DNA of 64,000 bases, taken from NCBI RefSeq assembly GCF_018350175.1, contig NC_058368.1, forward strand, positions 224,380,001 to 224,444,000, written 5' to 3'. Below the pieces are notes generated by a model that was not told where the DNA came from, made no database searches, and was given only the letters and a program-made list of their open reading frames with translations. This document shows positions 11,877 to 23,960 of this stretch, piece by piece (the first letter of the stretch is position 1; every line of letters starts with the position of its first letter). Source of the stretch: Felis catus. Its lineage: Eukaryota. Both the position numbers and the translations under genes were made by a program.

Positions 11877-14761
11877 TCTGAAAGCCACTTTTAAAGAAAT
11901 AGAAATCATTCAAAGGAATTTTTCAGGGTGGGATCTGATGTGGTTTTCAATTTAATAAAGTTATTCTGGTCTGTAGATAGGAAATAGTATATTAAAAGGC
12001 AAGAAACAGGGGAACTTTTGATGGATGAATGTAATAATTGTGGTGAGATATCAAAGTTAGTTCAGATGAGGGAGAAAGCAAAGAAGCTGATTGGTCAATA
12101 AAATAAATAAAATAGGCCAAATAAACATTTCCCTTCTATCTGCTACAATAAGTAGCAATTTTGCAACCATTAACCACACATTTTCTGGTGACCATCAGAA
12201 AATCTGGCATATAATGGAAAATTATTGATTTAGACCTATGCCTTAAAATTATGAACAAATATGTCACATCATTTCATTGTTTTTGTGCATACTTAAAAGC
12301 TAATGAAATGTTCTAAATGTAATTAAAATTGTTGTATAGACTTTTGATTTATAATTTCTAGGTATTTATCTATTCTTACTATGATGACCGTGGAGCCAAT
12401 ATTGTATAATGAGAAGATGGGGAAAACGTGCTGTTACAAAACTGCTTTTCGATAAAAAAAGCTCTTAGTCTCAAATATGCTAGTTTTCCTGTCCCCACCC
12501 CTTTCCCCCTGAATCAGTTGAACAAATGACATAAGTGCCTGTCCATATGCGCTTCCTCTTTTGATATTGTCAGCTGAGGGACATACTGGACATCGGTTTT
12601 GAGAAGACAGTACTAATGTTCCTCAAATGACATATTATTCAAAAAAAAAAAAAAAAGGTCTTAAACTAGGGGATTTCAAATAGGTTCTTGAAGGACATAT
12701 GAGACTAAATCTGTGTAGAATTAATGTACCGCCTGAGGCCAGGATCATTTTAATCTCTTTCCCAAGTTCTTAATCCCTTAAATTTGAAACATCGTATCTT
12801 TCAAAAGTTATGATGTCCATTTATATTCCAGATTTTACCAGATATTCACATTTCACTATCATTTTCATGAAACAAGTTTAAGAAGTCTCTGCGATAAAAA
12901 GTAACAGAAACGTTTTAAGATATCCCTGAGTTCTTTGAAAATTATCTTCTATTTATTTTTAGAACTGACACCACTATTCAGATAGGTATTCAAAGAACAG
13001 CAGAGTCTGGGTAAATTGTGACATTACCAATTTGTCAAGGGAAGTACTATAAACTGTTCATAAAAATGAGTTGGCATCATATGATCAATGGAAACCTCAA
13101 AATACTTGATTTTATCATTAAAAACTTTTGGCTAATAAAATGCTCACATGAATGAAATAAATGATGCCATTTTGTGGTAGATAGTGTTCATTGTCAAGAA
13201 ATAATGAGTAGGACTCAAACGCAATGTGTTGTGAACATTTTTCCTGCACAAGAAAGCAAAATAGAATGGAACATTATATTGAAGATTAAAAGACTGTAGC
13301 TATTGTAACGAACCTGAAAGATAGTGTAAGGTAGTATTGAATTGTAAATTAACCATTTCAGTGTGTAGTAGTGAATAAAAGTAAAATGGCAGCTTTGAAA
13401 GCCGAAAAGTAGAGGATTATTTCACGATTTTTAGGCGTGTCCAAGAATGGAATAATACTGAAATAAAACTTAATCTTTGAAAGATGCCTATATAGAGGGT
13501 TTATTTGTGCATATGTGTGTATAAAATCATGAATTGCTGTCTGTAACTGCTGTGATTCTCCCTCTAAAACGTTGCGTAATATGCTCCCCTTTTCTAAATT
13601 ATTACCATTAATCCTTCCTGTTATTTCAATACATTATTTCCTCCATTTGGTGTAGATAGACACCACAATCTGGATACAGACATTTTCTACTTCTATAATT
13701 CAACCTTTTTCTCCAGTAGCCTTTTTTTCTACTCTCATGTCCGTTAGGCATGATTCACCTAACTATTCTCCAGCCCATTTATGTCCATGAGTCACTTGTA
13801 CCTTCCCTTTAGGCTTCCATTCTTTTTTACATTTGAATGAGAATCCTTCTAAATGGCATTCTAGAGTCATAATTCTAAAAATAAACTAAGAGAACTACCT
13901 CTGAAACATCCTGGGCAGAGGAGTATGTCTCTATATTTAAAGCCCTTCAGAATATTCTCCCCAATTTCTTGCTAACTTATGCAGGCATTTATATTATTTC
14001 CATTCCATACAGATTAGACAAAATTTCAAAAAATTACAAGCATATTGGCACAATGGATCCACATTTATATCATAAATGCATTTAGTTCTTAAATAGATGT
14101 ATATTTTTGCATAGCTTTCCCCAAACTGGATTCTTGATAAAAATTTATAAGGCTGACAGCTGTTTTATAATGCTGTTCTAAAAGTCAAAGACAGGCTGGC
14201 GAAGTAACAAAAGGTATGGCTCTAGCCTACCTGAAATTAATTTGAATTCAAAAATATAACATTTCAAAGTGTAACTCATAAAATTAGACTTACGGGAAAT
14301 TACAAAATATACTTGATAAGAAAAAAAAGTTTGAACTCTAAAATCTTTCTATATAACTCAAATAATTAGAATATTTTAGACAATAAAATATCAATGGGCT
14401 TTCAATGGTCTTCAAAGACAACTTAGATCTCCGGGCAACCTAATGTATGGTCAAATGTATGAACATTGCTATTGGGGAACTAATATTTATTGAGCAAAAC
14501 AAGAAAAAATGGAATCTTTCTTTTTGTTAAATTGTTCCATATGATGTAAAGGTTTAATCCTCTTCCTACATATAGGGATTAAAAAAAAGTCTCATCAAGG
14601 AGCTACACTTACCAACTTGGGTAATGCTAATTCCTAAGGAGTATAATCTATTACCACTGGTTTCTAGCTACATCCTGATGATAAACCGAGAAACCAAGAA
14701 TATGCATATCATAGGTTATACTTCTTTAGAATCAGTATTACCGATTTCATACATGTAGATC

Positions 14762-14764
<3 letters not shown>

Positions 14765-14800
<36 letters not shown>
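14765..14800. repeat. (AC)18 microsatellite
   Basis: Read directly. Confidence 0.97.
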
Positions 14801-14803
<3 letters not shown>

Positions 14804-14900
14804 TTGGGGAGGGGCAGAGAGACGGTGGGGAGAGAGAATCCCAAGCAGAGATCCCATCTTGAGATCATGACCCGAACCTGTATCAAGAGTCTGACACCCT
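14801..14900 (-). mobile_element. Internally deleted Can-SINE fragment
   Basis: ggggaggggcagagag...gagaatcccaagcag...gagatcatgacccgaacc...atcaagagtctgacac. Confidence 0.75.
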
Positions 14901-15084
14901 CCAAAAAATTTCCCATTTTAAAGACCTACACGAGAAATTTCTTTCAGATCTCAGTAACAGTGGCAATTTTTTTTGTCTTCCATTATTCCTTTTTTAGAAA
15001 ATTAACACACTTTAAGCTTATATCTTGTCCTTTGCATTTTTACCAGGAAGCTCGAGGCCAAATATGTTACTCTTGCTACTTCTT

Positions 15085-15309
15085 TTTTTTTTTTTAATTT
15101 TTTTTTCAACGTTTATTTATTTTTGGGACAGAGAGAGACAGAGCATTAACGGGGGAGGGGCAGAGAGAGAGGAAGACACAGAATCCGAAGCAGGCTCCAG
15201 GCTCTGAGCCATCAGCCCAGAGCCCGACGCGGGGCTCGAACTCCCGGACCGCGAGATCGTGACCTGGCTGAAGCAGGACGCTTAACCGACTGAGCCACCC
15301 AGGAGCCCC
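15085..15309 (-). mobile_element. Young felid Can-SINE (SINEC_Fc-like)
   Basis: Perfect 16-bp TSD actcttgctacttctt at 15069-15084 and 15310-15325; CpGs retained. Confidence 0.98.
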
Positions 15310-15684
15310 ACTCTTGCTACTTCTTAATGGCATGCATTATTTACACGAACTTTATTCACCCATTTTTCTCTTCACCTATTTTTCTACTGTTATTATTTCC
15401 ATGTTCAATTTTCTCTTGCTATATCTTGTGTGGTATAGATCACTGTAAGAAAACCATTTTGTTTTTATATTTTTTAGTTTGACCCTTCATTAGATAGGTT
15501 GGAGAAATATTAACTAAATAAAATTTTCAAAAATGTGTTGGGCATATTTAGATTTCTGTGTACTTACACTTAGATTTTAGCTATAAAAATTTTTTTTTCA
15601 GCAATTCACCAGGGTGGACACATTTCCTTCATCATGTTGAAGCTGGGATATATAGAAGCTCAAACAGTAGCAGAAAATCTGTTA

Positions 15685-15860
15685 CTTGAGAGCACTTATT
15701 TTAAGCCAGGCATTATGTCTAACTTTATAAACACCTTGAGAGTAAGTATTATTTTCAATATGATAATACTAGTGATGAAATGACCCAAGGTCACAAACTT
15801 GGTAAATTTCAGAACCAAAATTCTCATCTGATGTTCTCTGATTGAAAGAAGTCAAAGAGT
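15685..15860 (-). mobile_element. MIR fragment
   Basis: gagcacttattttaagccaggcatt...tgacccaaggtcacaaacttggtaaat. Confidence 0.55.
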
Positions 15861-17659
15861 CAGCTTCAAATTCTGGCTTTTCTTTGAAGAGCCCAGGAGG
15901 AACAGTGAAGTCTCCAGGTTTAGTCACTTACATACTGTTAAAATTGTTATTTATAAGTGTGTTGTAAATAAAAAGGTGACAAAACAGATAGAACACCAGT
16001 ATTATGTAATATTGTCTTTTATTTTTTTCTACACAAAGTGGTCAAGCAATCAGTATGTCAAAATGTAGTCATTTGACTCAAACCGATCTCAAAAATGTAT
16101 AATTTAGAAAATTCCAGGAAATTTATCAACAATTACATTTGCAAACTCCTCTAAACACTCGCACTTGAAGAAGTATTTATCTGGAACAGACTTATAATTG
16201 GTTAAAATCATTAACTTTTGTTCACTCATTTCGCATTTGAATTTCAAATTAGAGAATAATTGTGATGAGTGTATCCAACAAGTTATTTAGAAAGTTCTTA
16301 CCATTTAATTACTTCCTGATGGTCTCCCATTAGATTCTCAATAAAATTATTGACAGTTTTCTAAGGAAAATCTGTTTTCCTCCTTTTATGAAGTTGCAAT
16401 TTTATCAGCGAGTCTCTAATGAGTGACATTGGGGGTATGGAAAGTTTCACTTAATGCTTGGAGTAGCATCGAGCATATATTGGGTGACCATTTGAGAAGG
16501 CCTGGTTGATAGCAGGGCAGGTGGTCTCTTGTCCACAATCTCGCTGCTATAGTGATTCAGTTGGTCCTTTAGAATGCCACAGCTTCATGCTTCTGCTATA
16601 TGCAGCCCGGGGAGCTCGTGAAATATTGCTCCTAAATGTCACATTTTTTGCAGTAATAAGGTAAAAAGTGAACTGAACAAAATCATTCATTAGCTTGTTT
16701 ACCATGAGTTGTGTTCTGTGCAAAGGTCTAAGGAAAAGAAACAACAGCTTCCAGCCTAAAAGTCAAAAGAAAAAAAATAACTCATTTAGTGTTTTGTATG
16801 TCAGCTTGCTTTCAGTTTTGTCTAGTGAATGTGAAGACAGGGAATTCAATTTTAATAAAGGATATATCCATTACTCTTTAGGAGATCATTGGGAAGTATT
16901 TACTATCCATTAAAAAGCTAAATCCCACTCAGTTTAAGGTTGTCCCTCGACTGCTTCTAAATTGTTATTTTTTCTTTTTCGCCAAGCCCAAATCTAATAA
17001 TTGTGATCATACCCAATATTCTCTTCTCTCATACTTCTTGGCAATACAATTCAGTTCCCCAATTAAATTACCTGTGGCATCTAATACTTTTACTGTCATT
17101 TTTTATGGATATATATTTTTAGAGGCACCACATTACTTTGTCCTTTGCTACAATTAGATAAGAAACTATGTGATTAAGTCACGGGTAAGGACATCATAGT
17201 ACATATTAAAGACACAGAATTGTGTGATTGTTTGCTTTTTTGCACTCCCATGTTAGTCAGTTAAATATGTACTCTAGTTTATTCATGTGCCAAATTAAAT
17301 AATTTAACTATGGAAAGACAATGCCACTATTTTGATGTGACATTTATGGGGAAAGAAACTAAAGATGACCAAACACTGATGTTCTTATTTGAAGGCTGAT
17401 TGAAATGTCTATTTCTATAGGAGTTGCTGTTATTTACTTCAATATAAACATCACTTATCAGTTCTAATACTTTTTGTCAGAGTCAAGCACTCCTCAGTTA
17501 ATGTCTCCTTATTAGTTGTTAGTAAGAAATATACTTACTTATATAAGCATGCAAGAAATTTTACATCTTACAGTCATGAAAGTAATATATTCCTTATTGT
17601 GTACATAATATAAAAATATATGTACTATAAACGTAAATACAATCACTAATAATAAGAAA

Positions 17660-18297
17660 AAAAAATTCTCCCTGGTTAAAAACAAGAAAGGGGACATCCT
17701 TTTATCTGGGCATTTACTTTGGAAAACTGTAATTAGAACGTATTTCTCTACTTCTTTGGAATATATGTCAGCCATTTTATTAAATAAATAAGGCTTTTAC
17801 CAGTTTTACAACCCAGGACTGTTTCCTCGAGGATTTGGAAGCCATGACTTTTGAAATGTCATCAACAGGAAGATAGTGTCCCCATTTCCCAGTTTCTGGT
17901 GGGAAGTAGAACTGTTCCACTGTGACCTGATAAAAAGATAAGAGAAGGTAACTTTGTCTTTGGAAAAAGTCAATTAGCTAACACGAATGGCCATTCTAAT
18001 TGCCAGGTGAAGGTAAGAGGCACGATGTGCGACAGATGACGTCAAGTTTTCTTCGTGGAAGACTAGTTGTCATATCCTGAGAATTTGTCTACAATGGGTT
18101 GCATTTGCTTGGCTATAGAAACAGTGACGGACATCTTGTTCAGACTTTGCAATCTCGCCAGCGGATTGCCTGTGAGTGGACTTCACATCCTGCTGTAAAA
18201 CTTACTTGATACCGAAGCTGTTTTCGTTCCCTTCTACCTTTGGGAAGAAGTTTTCTGAGTTGGCAGCAAATTTTGCTTTAAATTATATTTTCCAACA
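17660..18297 (+). mobile_element. Old eutherian ERV1-class solo LTR (MER67-like; family tentative)
   Basis: gcatttactttggaaaactgtaatt...acccaggactgtttcctcgagga...caattagctaacac...ctttgcaatctc..gcggattgcctgtga...ttatattttccaaca end. Confidence 0.72.
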
Positions 18298-18426
18298 ATA
18301 CTCAATATAGTTTTATATTTTAAAGCTTCTCCCTGGTTGAGACATTTAAACAACAGGGGCAATATGCATTTAAATTATTTTTTGCTGAAACAGGAATTTG
18401 TAGCTCTTAGAAAATTGAAAATCTCT

Positions 18427-18654
18427 GGGGCGCCTGGGTGGCGCAGTCGGTTAAGCGCCCGACTTCAGCCAGGTCACGATCTCGCGGTCCGGGAGTTCGA
18501 GCCCCGCGTCGGGCTCTGGGCTGATGGCTCAGAGCCTGGAGCCTGTTTCCGATTCTGTCTCCCTCTCTCTCTGCCCCTCCCCTGTTCATGCTCTGTGTCT
18601 CTCTGTCCCAAAAATAAATAAAAAACGTTGAAAAAAAATTAAAAAAAAAAAAAA
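18427..18654 (+). mobile_element. Young felid Can-SINE (SINEC_Fc-like)
   Basis: Perfect 18-bp TSD agaaaattgaaaatctct at 18409-18426 and 18655-18672. Confidence 0.98.
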
Positions 18655-18714
18655 AGAAAATTGAAAATCTCTGTAATTTTCAAATTAACATATAATTTAC
18701 ATCATTATTATATT

Positions 18715-18845
18715 TATTTTTATTGTTTCTCTCCTCCCACTAGAATGTAAACTTTATGGGTCCAGATATTTTTGTGTTTTTTTCTCATTAATGTATCTTA
18801 AGCCTCTGGTACATAAATTGTGCTCAGTAAATGCTTATGATATAA
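18715..18845 (+). mobile_element. L2 3' end
   Basis: ttgtttctctcctcccactagaatgtaaact...ctggtacataaattgtgctcagtaaatgc. Confidence 0.7.
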
Positions 18846-20102
18846 AAATTTTAATAGCACATGCTCAATAAATCTTACTTGAATTTGGATATCAATTAAA
18901 TTGTAATTGATTTAAAGTTGTTATCTATTTCTACTGATTTCTTTTTAGATTTATCTATTTACTTTTATTGAATATGACCTCAGTGAATATTGTTTAATTG
19001 GAAGGACATCAAGAGCCGCCCAAATAGCGTCATAGCAAGGTTTCTAAAAAAAAACTTGCGTAACGTTGTTTGGACAACTTCACAGTCCTATCTACTGCAC
19101 CACATGTCACACTCCATTTTTTAACCAGCTATGTTGGAAATGTCAGTCTTATGGTGTACCAAGGCCTTCACCATGACTTTCCTTTGGAATTGTTACATTC
19201 TTACACTAGCATTCAGAGGTGCTAAATCAAGAATTAGTGTAGAGCATCTACACTAGAGTAGAGGAATAGGCCTCATGGAAATATTTAAGGAAAATCTGAG
19301 GGCTAGGTTTTGGAGACAGTAGATGGGAATGAGTATTTTCAGACTACAGGACAGAACCAGAAGGGACTGGAGGCAAGAGAATTTTAAATGGTTTCCTTGA
19401 CCAGCCCATATCCGCCGTAAAAGCCAATTTCAGTGCTGAATGTTCCAGATGGGCTTTGGTTAATGCACAGTAGACTGTAGCCTGCTTATCATTCAATACT
19501 ACAGGTGCATTAATCAAGCCCAAGTTTATTTTTGTTTTTTCGCAAGCACGCACTTCTTTTGGTAAAAAAGCAGTCAAGATGCAGACGACTGACTCCAATA
19601 GATATTTTCAACAAGATTTACTGTTAAACCAGGATTCTCTTAATCTGGCTTGGTGTAATTGAGCTTTTGAATATTTAAAAAAAGCTTATATATTTTTCCC
19701 CTATTTAAATCTAATTACTGGAAACAATCCTCTTATTTTGCTTGTAAATGTATTTTGATTCTGTTAGCCAGTATCTTAGCCCTTCCTTTGAGATGTGTAT
19801 CCACAGCTGAACTAGATATGCCTCCCATATCATAAAACTTCAATCATAAAGTTCTCAAAGGTAGGAATGGGTGAAGCGAAGGGTAGAGAGTAGGTATCAT
19901 GCTCTTACAGACTTGCTGTGTGATGACTGTACCAGGTTCTTAGCTGTGTGCTCTACTTTGATTAGTTCCTTTAATTTACACAACACTGTGAGTGAATAAT
20001 AATAATAAATAGCCCAATAAAGTTAGTTTACTTGAGAACCATTTATGTGGTAACTGATTGAGGAAGGATTAAACCAGTTTCAAAATCAAAACACATTCTC
20101 TT

Positions 20103-20217
20103 GCCTCCTCCCCTCTCCTCCCCTCCCTTCCCCTTCCCTTGCCTCCCCTCCCCTCCTCTTCCCTCCCCTCCTCTTCCCTTCCCTTCCCTTCCCTTCCCTT
20201 CCCTTCCCTTCCCTTCC
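20103..20217. repeat. (CCCCT)/(CCCTT)n polypyrimidine repeat
   Basis: Read directly. Confidence 0.92.
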
Positions 20218-20374
20218 ATTCTAATTTTGGTTGTGTGGAATTATTTATTTTTATTTCCTTTCACATTAGTTTTAAGAAAAAAAATCATATTCAACTTGAC
20301 ATTTGCAGGTAACAATATTAAAATTACAAATGGTGTTTTGATCAAATTTAGACATCTTGGTTTTGGTTTTTGGT

Positions 20375-20489
20375 TTTTTTACTCTTTAGTTATTTAAGTG
20401 ATCTCTCCACCCAATGTGGGCCTTGAACTCACAACACCACGATCAAGAGCAGCATGCTCTTCCAACTGCTTCTTCTAGCCAGATGCCCC
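20375..20489 (-). mobile_element. Short old Can-SINE (SINEC_old-like)
   Basis: taagtgatctctccacccaatgtgggccttgaactcacaac...gatcaagagcagcatgctc...agccagatgcccc. Confidence 0.82.
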
Positions 20490-20890
20490 TAAACATCTTA
20501 ATAACTGAAAGCAAACTAGTACATTCGAATTGTCCTTTCAATTACGCCATGCTGCCTGTCATTGTCCTAGAATTTTGTTGCAGAAGGTAACAAGCTTAGG
20601 TAAGCAAGGTATTGATAATATAATCTTGTTGCCCAGAAAAATTTTGTAGTGATTTCTCCCAGATTAAAAAGACAGAAAATTTTGAATAATCATTGCAAGT
20701 TTTTTTGTTGTTGTTGTTATTTTTTGTTTGGTTTCATTTGTCTTGTTTTGTCTTGTTTTGTTTAAGTTTGGCTTATAAATCAATGATCCTGGAGACAAAC
20801 TCATTTAAAGTAAAAAAAAAAAAAAAAAAAAAAAAAGTCCTTTGTCACTATTTTCTCCTCTTACCCATAAATTTAAATGTACCTGAGCTA

Positions 20891-21294
20891 GTGGTGCCTG
20901 GGTGGTTCAATCGGGAAGTGTCTGCCTCTTGCTTTCAGCTCAGGTCATGATCTCATGGTTCATGAGTTTGAGCCCCACAGTGGGCTCTGTGCTGACAGCA
21001 CAGAACCTGCTTGGGATTCTCTCTCTCTCCCTCTCAAAATAGACATAAATACACTTTTTTTTTTAATTTTTTTTTCAACGTTTATTTATTTTTGGGACAG
21101 AGAGAGACAGAGCATGAACGGGGGAGGGGCAGAGAGAGAAGGAGACACAGAATCGGAAACAGGCTCCAGGCTCTGAGCCATCAGCCCAGAGCCCGACGCG
21201 GGGCTCGAACTCCCGGACCGCGAGATCGTGACCTGGCTGAAGTCGGACGCTTAACCGACTGCGCCACCCAGGTGCCCCTAATACACTTTTAAAA
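20891..21294 (+). mobile_element. Can-SINE whose tail is interrupted by a younger antisense SINE
   Basis: Outer TSD aaatgtac(c/t)t(g/c)agcta at 20875-20890 and 21295-21310. Confidence 0.9.
21059..21278 (-). mobile_element. Young felid Can-SINE (SINEC_Fc-like)
   Basis: TSD aatacactttt at 21048-21058 and 21280-21290; near-consensus and CpG-rich. Confidence 0.98.
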
Positions 21295-21708
21295 AAATGT
21301 ACTTCAGCTAAATTCGTGCTTGATCTACTTTCTATATTTGAATTACGTTGATCTACCTTTGAAGTTCATTTTGTTTAAGGGGAGAGAAACCTATAGATTA
21401 GATCTGTTCTGTGTCTTCTGTTAACATTGAGCCATCTGCTCCAAGCACTGAATATATTCCTTACTTCTTTTATTGATCTAAATAGGCATCACAAATTAAC
21501 TGACATCTAAAAACTCTACATTAAAAATAGAATAAGTATCTATACAGTAAAAGATTAATTAAGCTTTCCTTTGATATTCCCAGTGAAATAAATATCTAAA
21601 TTAATTGACCTATAAGACTGGGCACATTATTTTTATTCTGCATAGCTCAATGCTAGTTAAAAGCTAAATTGTGCATTGTTCTCAGGGTATAAATCTAAAA
21701 TAGAAGTA

Positions 21709-21925
21709 GGGATGCCTGGGTGGCTCAGTCAGTTAAGCGTCCGACTTAGGCTCAGGTCATGATCTCATGGTTCCTGGGTTCAAGCCCCCACACCAGGCTC
21801 TGTGCCCACAGCTCAGAGCCTGGAGCTTGCTTTGGATTCTATGTCTCTTTCTCTTTCTGCCCCTCCCCCGTTTATGCTCTGTGTCTCTCTGTCTCAAAAA
21901 TAAATAAACATTAAAAAAAATTAAA
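21709..21925 (+). mobile_element. Can-SINE (SINEC_Fc2-like)
   Basis: gggatgcctgggtggctcagtcagttaagcgtccgact head through A tail. Confidence 0.96.
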
Positions 21926-22036
21926 CAATATTCAACACTCTATAGAAGGAAAGGTAATATTGTACCGTTGTTTGATTAAGCATATTTGAACATTGATGTG
22001 ACATCATAGTTTTATATCCATTGCTCATTGTGCTTT

Positions 22037-22251
22037 ATTTTTTTTTAAATGTTTTTATTTATTTTTGAGCAGAGAGAGAGAGAGCATGAGCAGGGGAGGG
22101 GCAGAGAGAGAGGGAGACACAGAATCCAAAGCAGGCTCCAGGCTCCAAGCTGTCAGCACAGAGCCTGTCACGGGGCTCGAACTCACCGACCGTGAGATCA
22201 TGACCTGAGCTGAAGTCGGATGCTCAACCGACTGAGCCACCCAGGCGCCCC
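22037..22251 (-). mobile_element. Can-SINE (SINEC_Fc2-like)
   Basis: TSD ctcattgtgcttt at 22024-22036 and 22251-22263. Confidence 0.97.
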
Positions 22252-23389
22252 TCATTGTGCTTTCTTAACTGTGCTCCACCAAAGTGTTTCAAAGCACAGT
22301 CATTCCTGCTTCTCCAGAGTTCTCCAGCTATATAAACTGGGAGAAAAACTGAGTCACAATCCTTGAGATGGAAAAAAGTGTGAACGTAAATATTCATATC
22401 CAAAATGCAATACAATTCAGTGAATGAAACTGATGCTAGACATTACCTGTCTCTTTGAAACCTCCCCAAATAAATTTTTCATTGCAAAAAAATATATATA
22501 AGATGGGAATTTTTCAACCATTGTTATACTAGTACGGCAACATTTTTTAAAGCACAAAGTTATCAGCACTAGTAACAAGGAAGATTTTAAAGCAATTTAT
22601 TTGCTCAGCAGAAGATAATGATAAAGAGTTAAATGTATTAAATAGATACAGATAGATAGATAATTCAACTTATTGAAACGAGCATACGGTAACTGACTAC
22701 TCCTTCTCTCTATTTCTTATTTTTCTAAAACTTCCCAAGTTATTTGGTTGTCTCAGACTGTCTCAAATGTGTAGCAGGTAGCAAATCACGTAACTTCTAA
22801 GCGCTACCCCCGCCATCTTTCCTACAGAACACCTGTTCAGCACTGACCACTTGCCCAAAGGTTTCCATCCCATCGGAATAACCTCAGAAATCAGACCCTT
22901 GTCAACGCAAGATAGACCCAGAGTTTTGTTACTTTTGATACCAAAACAGTTACAAATCTCATTTTACTGACATACTGAAGGAAGCAATGCAAATTTCTTT
23001 TATTCGGACCCAGTTGCCTTTTGGCCCAGGAACAATAAAAGATTATATGTGAAAAAATTGTTTTAAAAAGTAATTTTGTAAGGCGTCAGCTGTGGCTTAC
23101 TGAAAAGGCAGACCTATTCAAGGTCTTCTCTCAAAGCACTGTTGGCCTTTGTTCTAGCAGCCCAAAATGAGACATGAGAGGTCGATGCCTCTTCTGGCCG
23201 GCTGTCATATCGTCCCTGACCCCAGGCAGTAAGTGCAGTGATTTTGGTCAGCTTTCTGCTTTCTGCAGTACTAAAAGGCTGTTATTCAAAATTTTCCCTG
23301 GCCACTAACCTGTCTATCAGTCCAGCTGGGTGAAGGTCAGCTCTCCAATCTCTATAAAGTATATATTATTTTTATTGTTCGGCCTGGGA

Positions 23390-23960
23390 GCTTGTGACAT
23401 TTTCTCTTTGTCCTTGGTATTCTCTAGCTGCGGCAGGGTACTGTTTTTTCCTACCAAGCTGTCTGGGACTCCATGACCCTTTTCAATTTCCTGAGTCTTA
23501 ATTCAGGGAAATGTATTACTTTTAACTGTTTTCTTATCACCTTATCTCCTCTGATCTTCTGTTCTTTTCATTTTCTGAACTCCTATTGTTCACGAGAGAA
23601 TTTTCCTGATCTGGGAACACAACAGATACACAAACCTAGGGGACTGTATGCCATGTGAATGGCTTCCGTGGAATTGCGTTGAGTGGCCCTGCTTAATGGG
23701 ACCTCTGGATTCTTACCTGTTCTCTTCTGCTTTCCAAGTCTGTGTACCTTTGCTTGGAATGTTGGGGGTATTTCTCTCATTTGATTGTCCAGATCACCAA
23801 CTCAGGTTTTAACATTGACCGTCCTTTCTTCTCTTCATCCATGAAAATGGATTTTCATGAATTACTCTTGTTACTGTTGTTGTCATGTGTATTCAAATTA
23901 TCTGTCCTTTCTCCATTTGTATTTCTCCAAGAGCACTCTGCATTTCTACTTGTTCTTTAG
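23390..23960 (-). mobile_element. HAL1/old L1 ORF1-region fragment
   Basis: ttctctttgtccttggtattct...gacccttttcaatttcctgagtcttaattcagggaaatgt...ttttctgaactcctattgttc. Confidence 0.55.

Larger units (their letters stand above)
10895..12080 (-). mobile_element. L2 fragment interrupted by two SINEs
   Basis: Reverse L2 3' end catttattgagcaaatatttgttgagcatc...; internal tract cagcaagtacaagggtcctgaggtaggaatatgctt. Confidence 0.7.

Noticed and set aside
12180..12203. Near-perfect 11-bp palindrome attttctggtg-ac-catcagaaaat
   Set aside because: Short, AT-rich and mismatched. Plausible by chance in 64 kb, with no supporting context.
12950..15670. Polypyrimidine-AG sites (about 12962 and 15601) suggesting exons
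   Set aside because: No strong donor sites or convincing reading frames. Such sites are common in AT-rich DNA.
20101..20397. Proline-rich ORF with hydrophobic tail
   Set aside because: Product of the CCCCT/CCCTT repeat and AT-rich flank.
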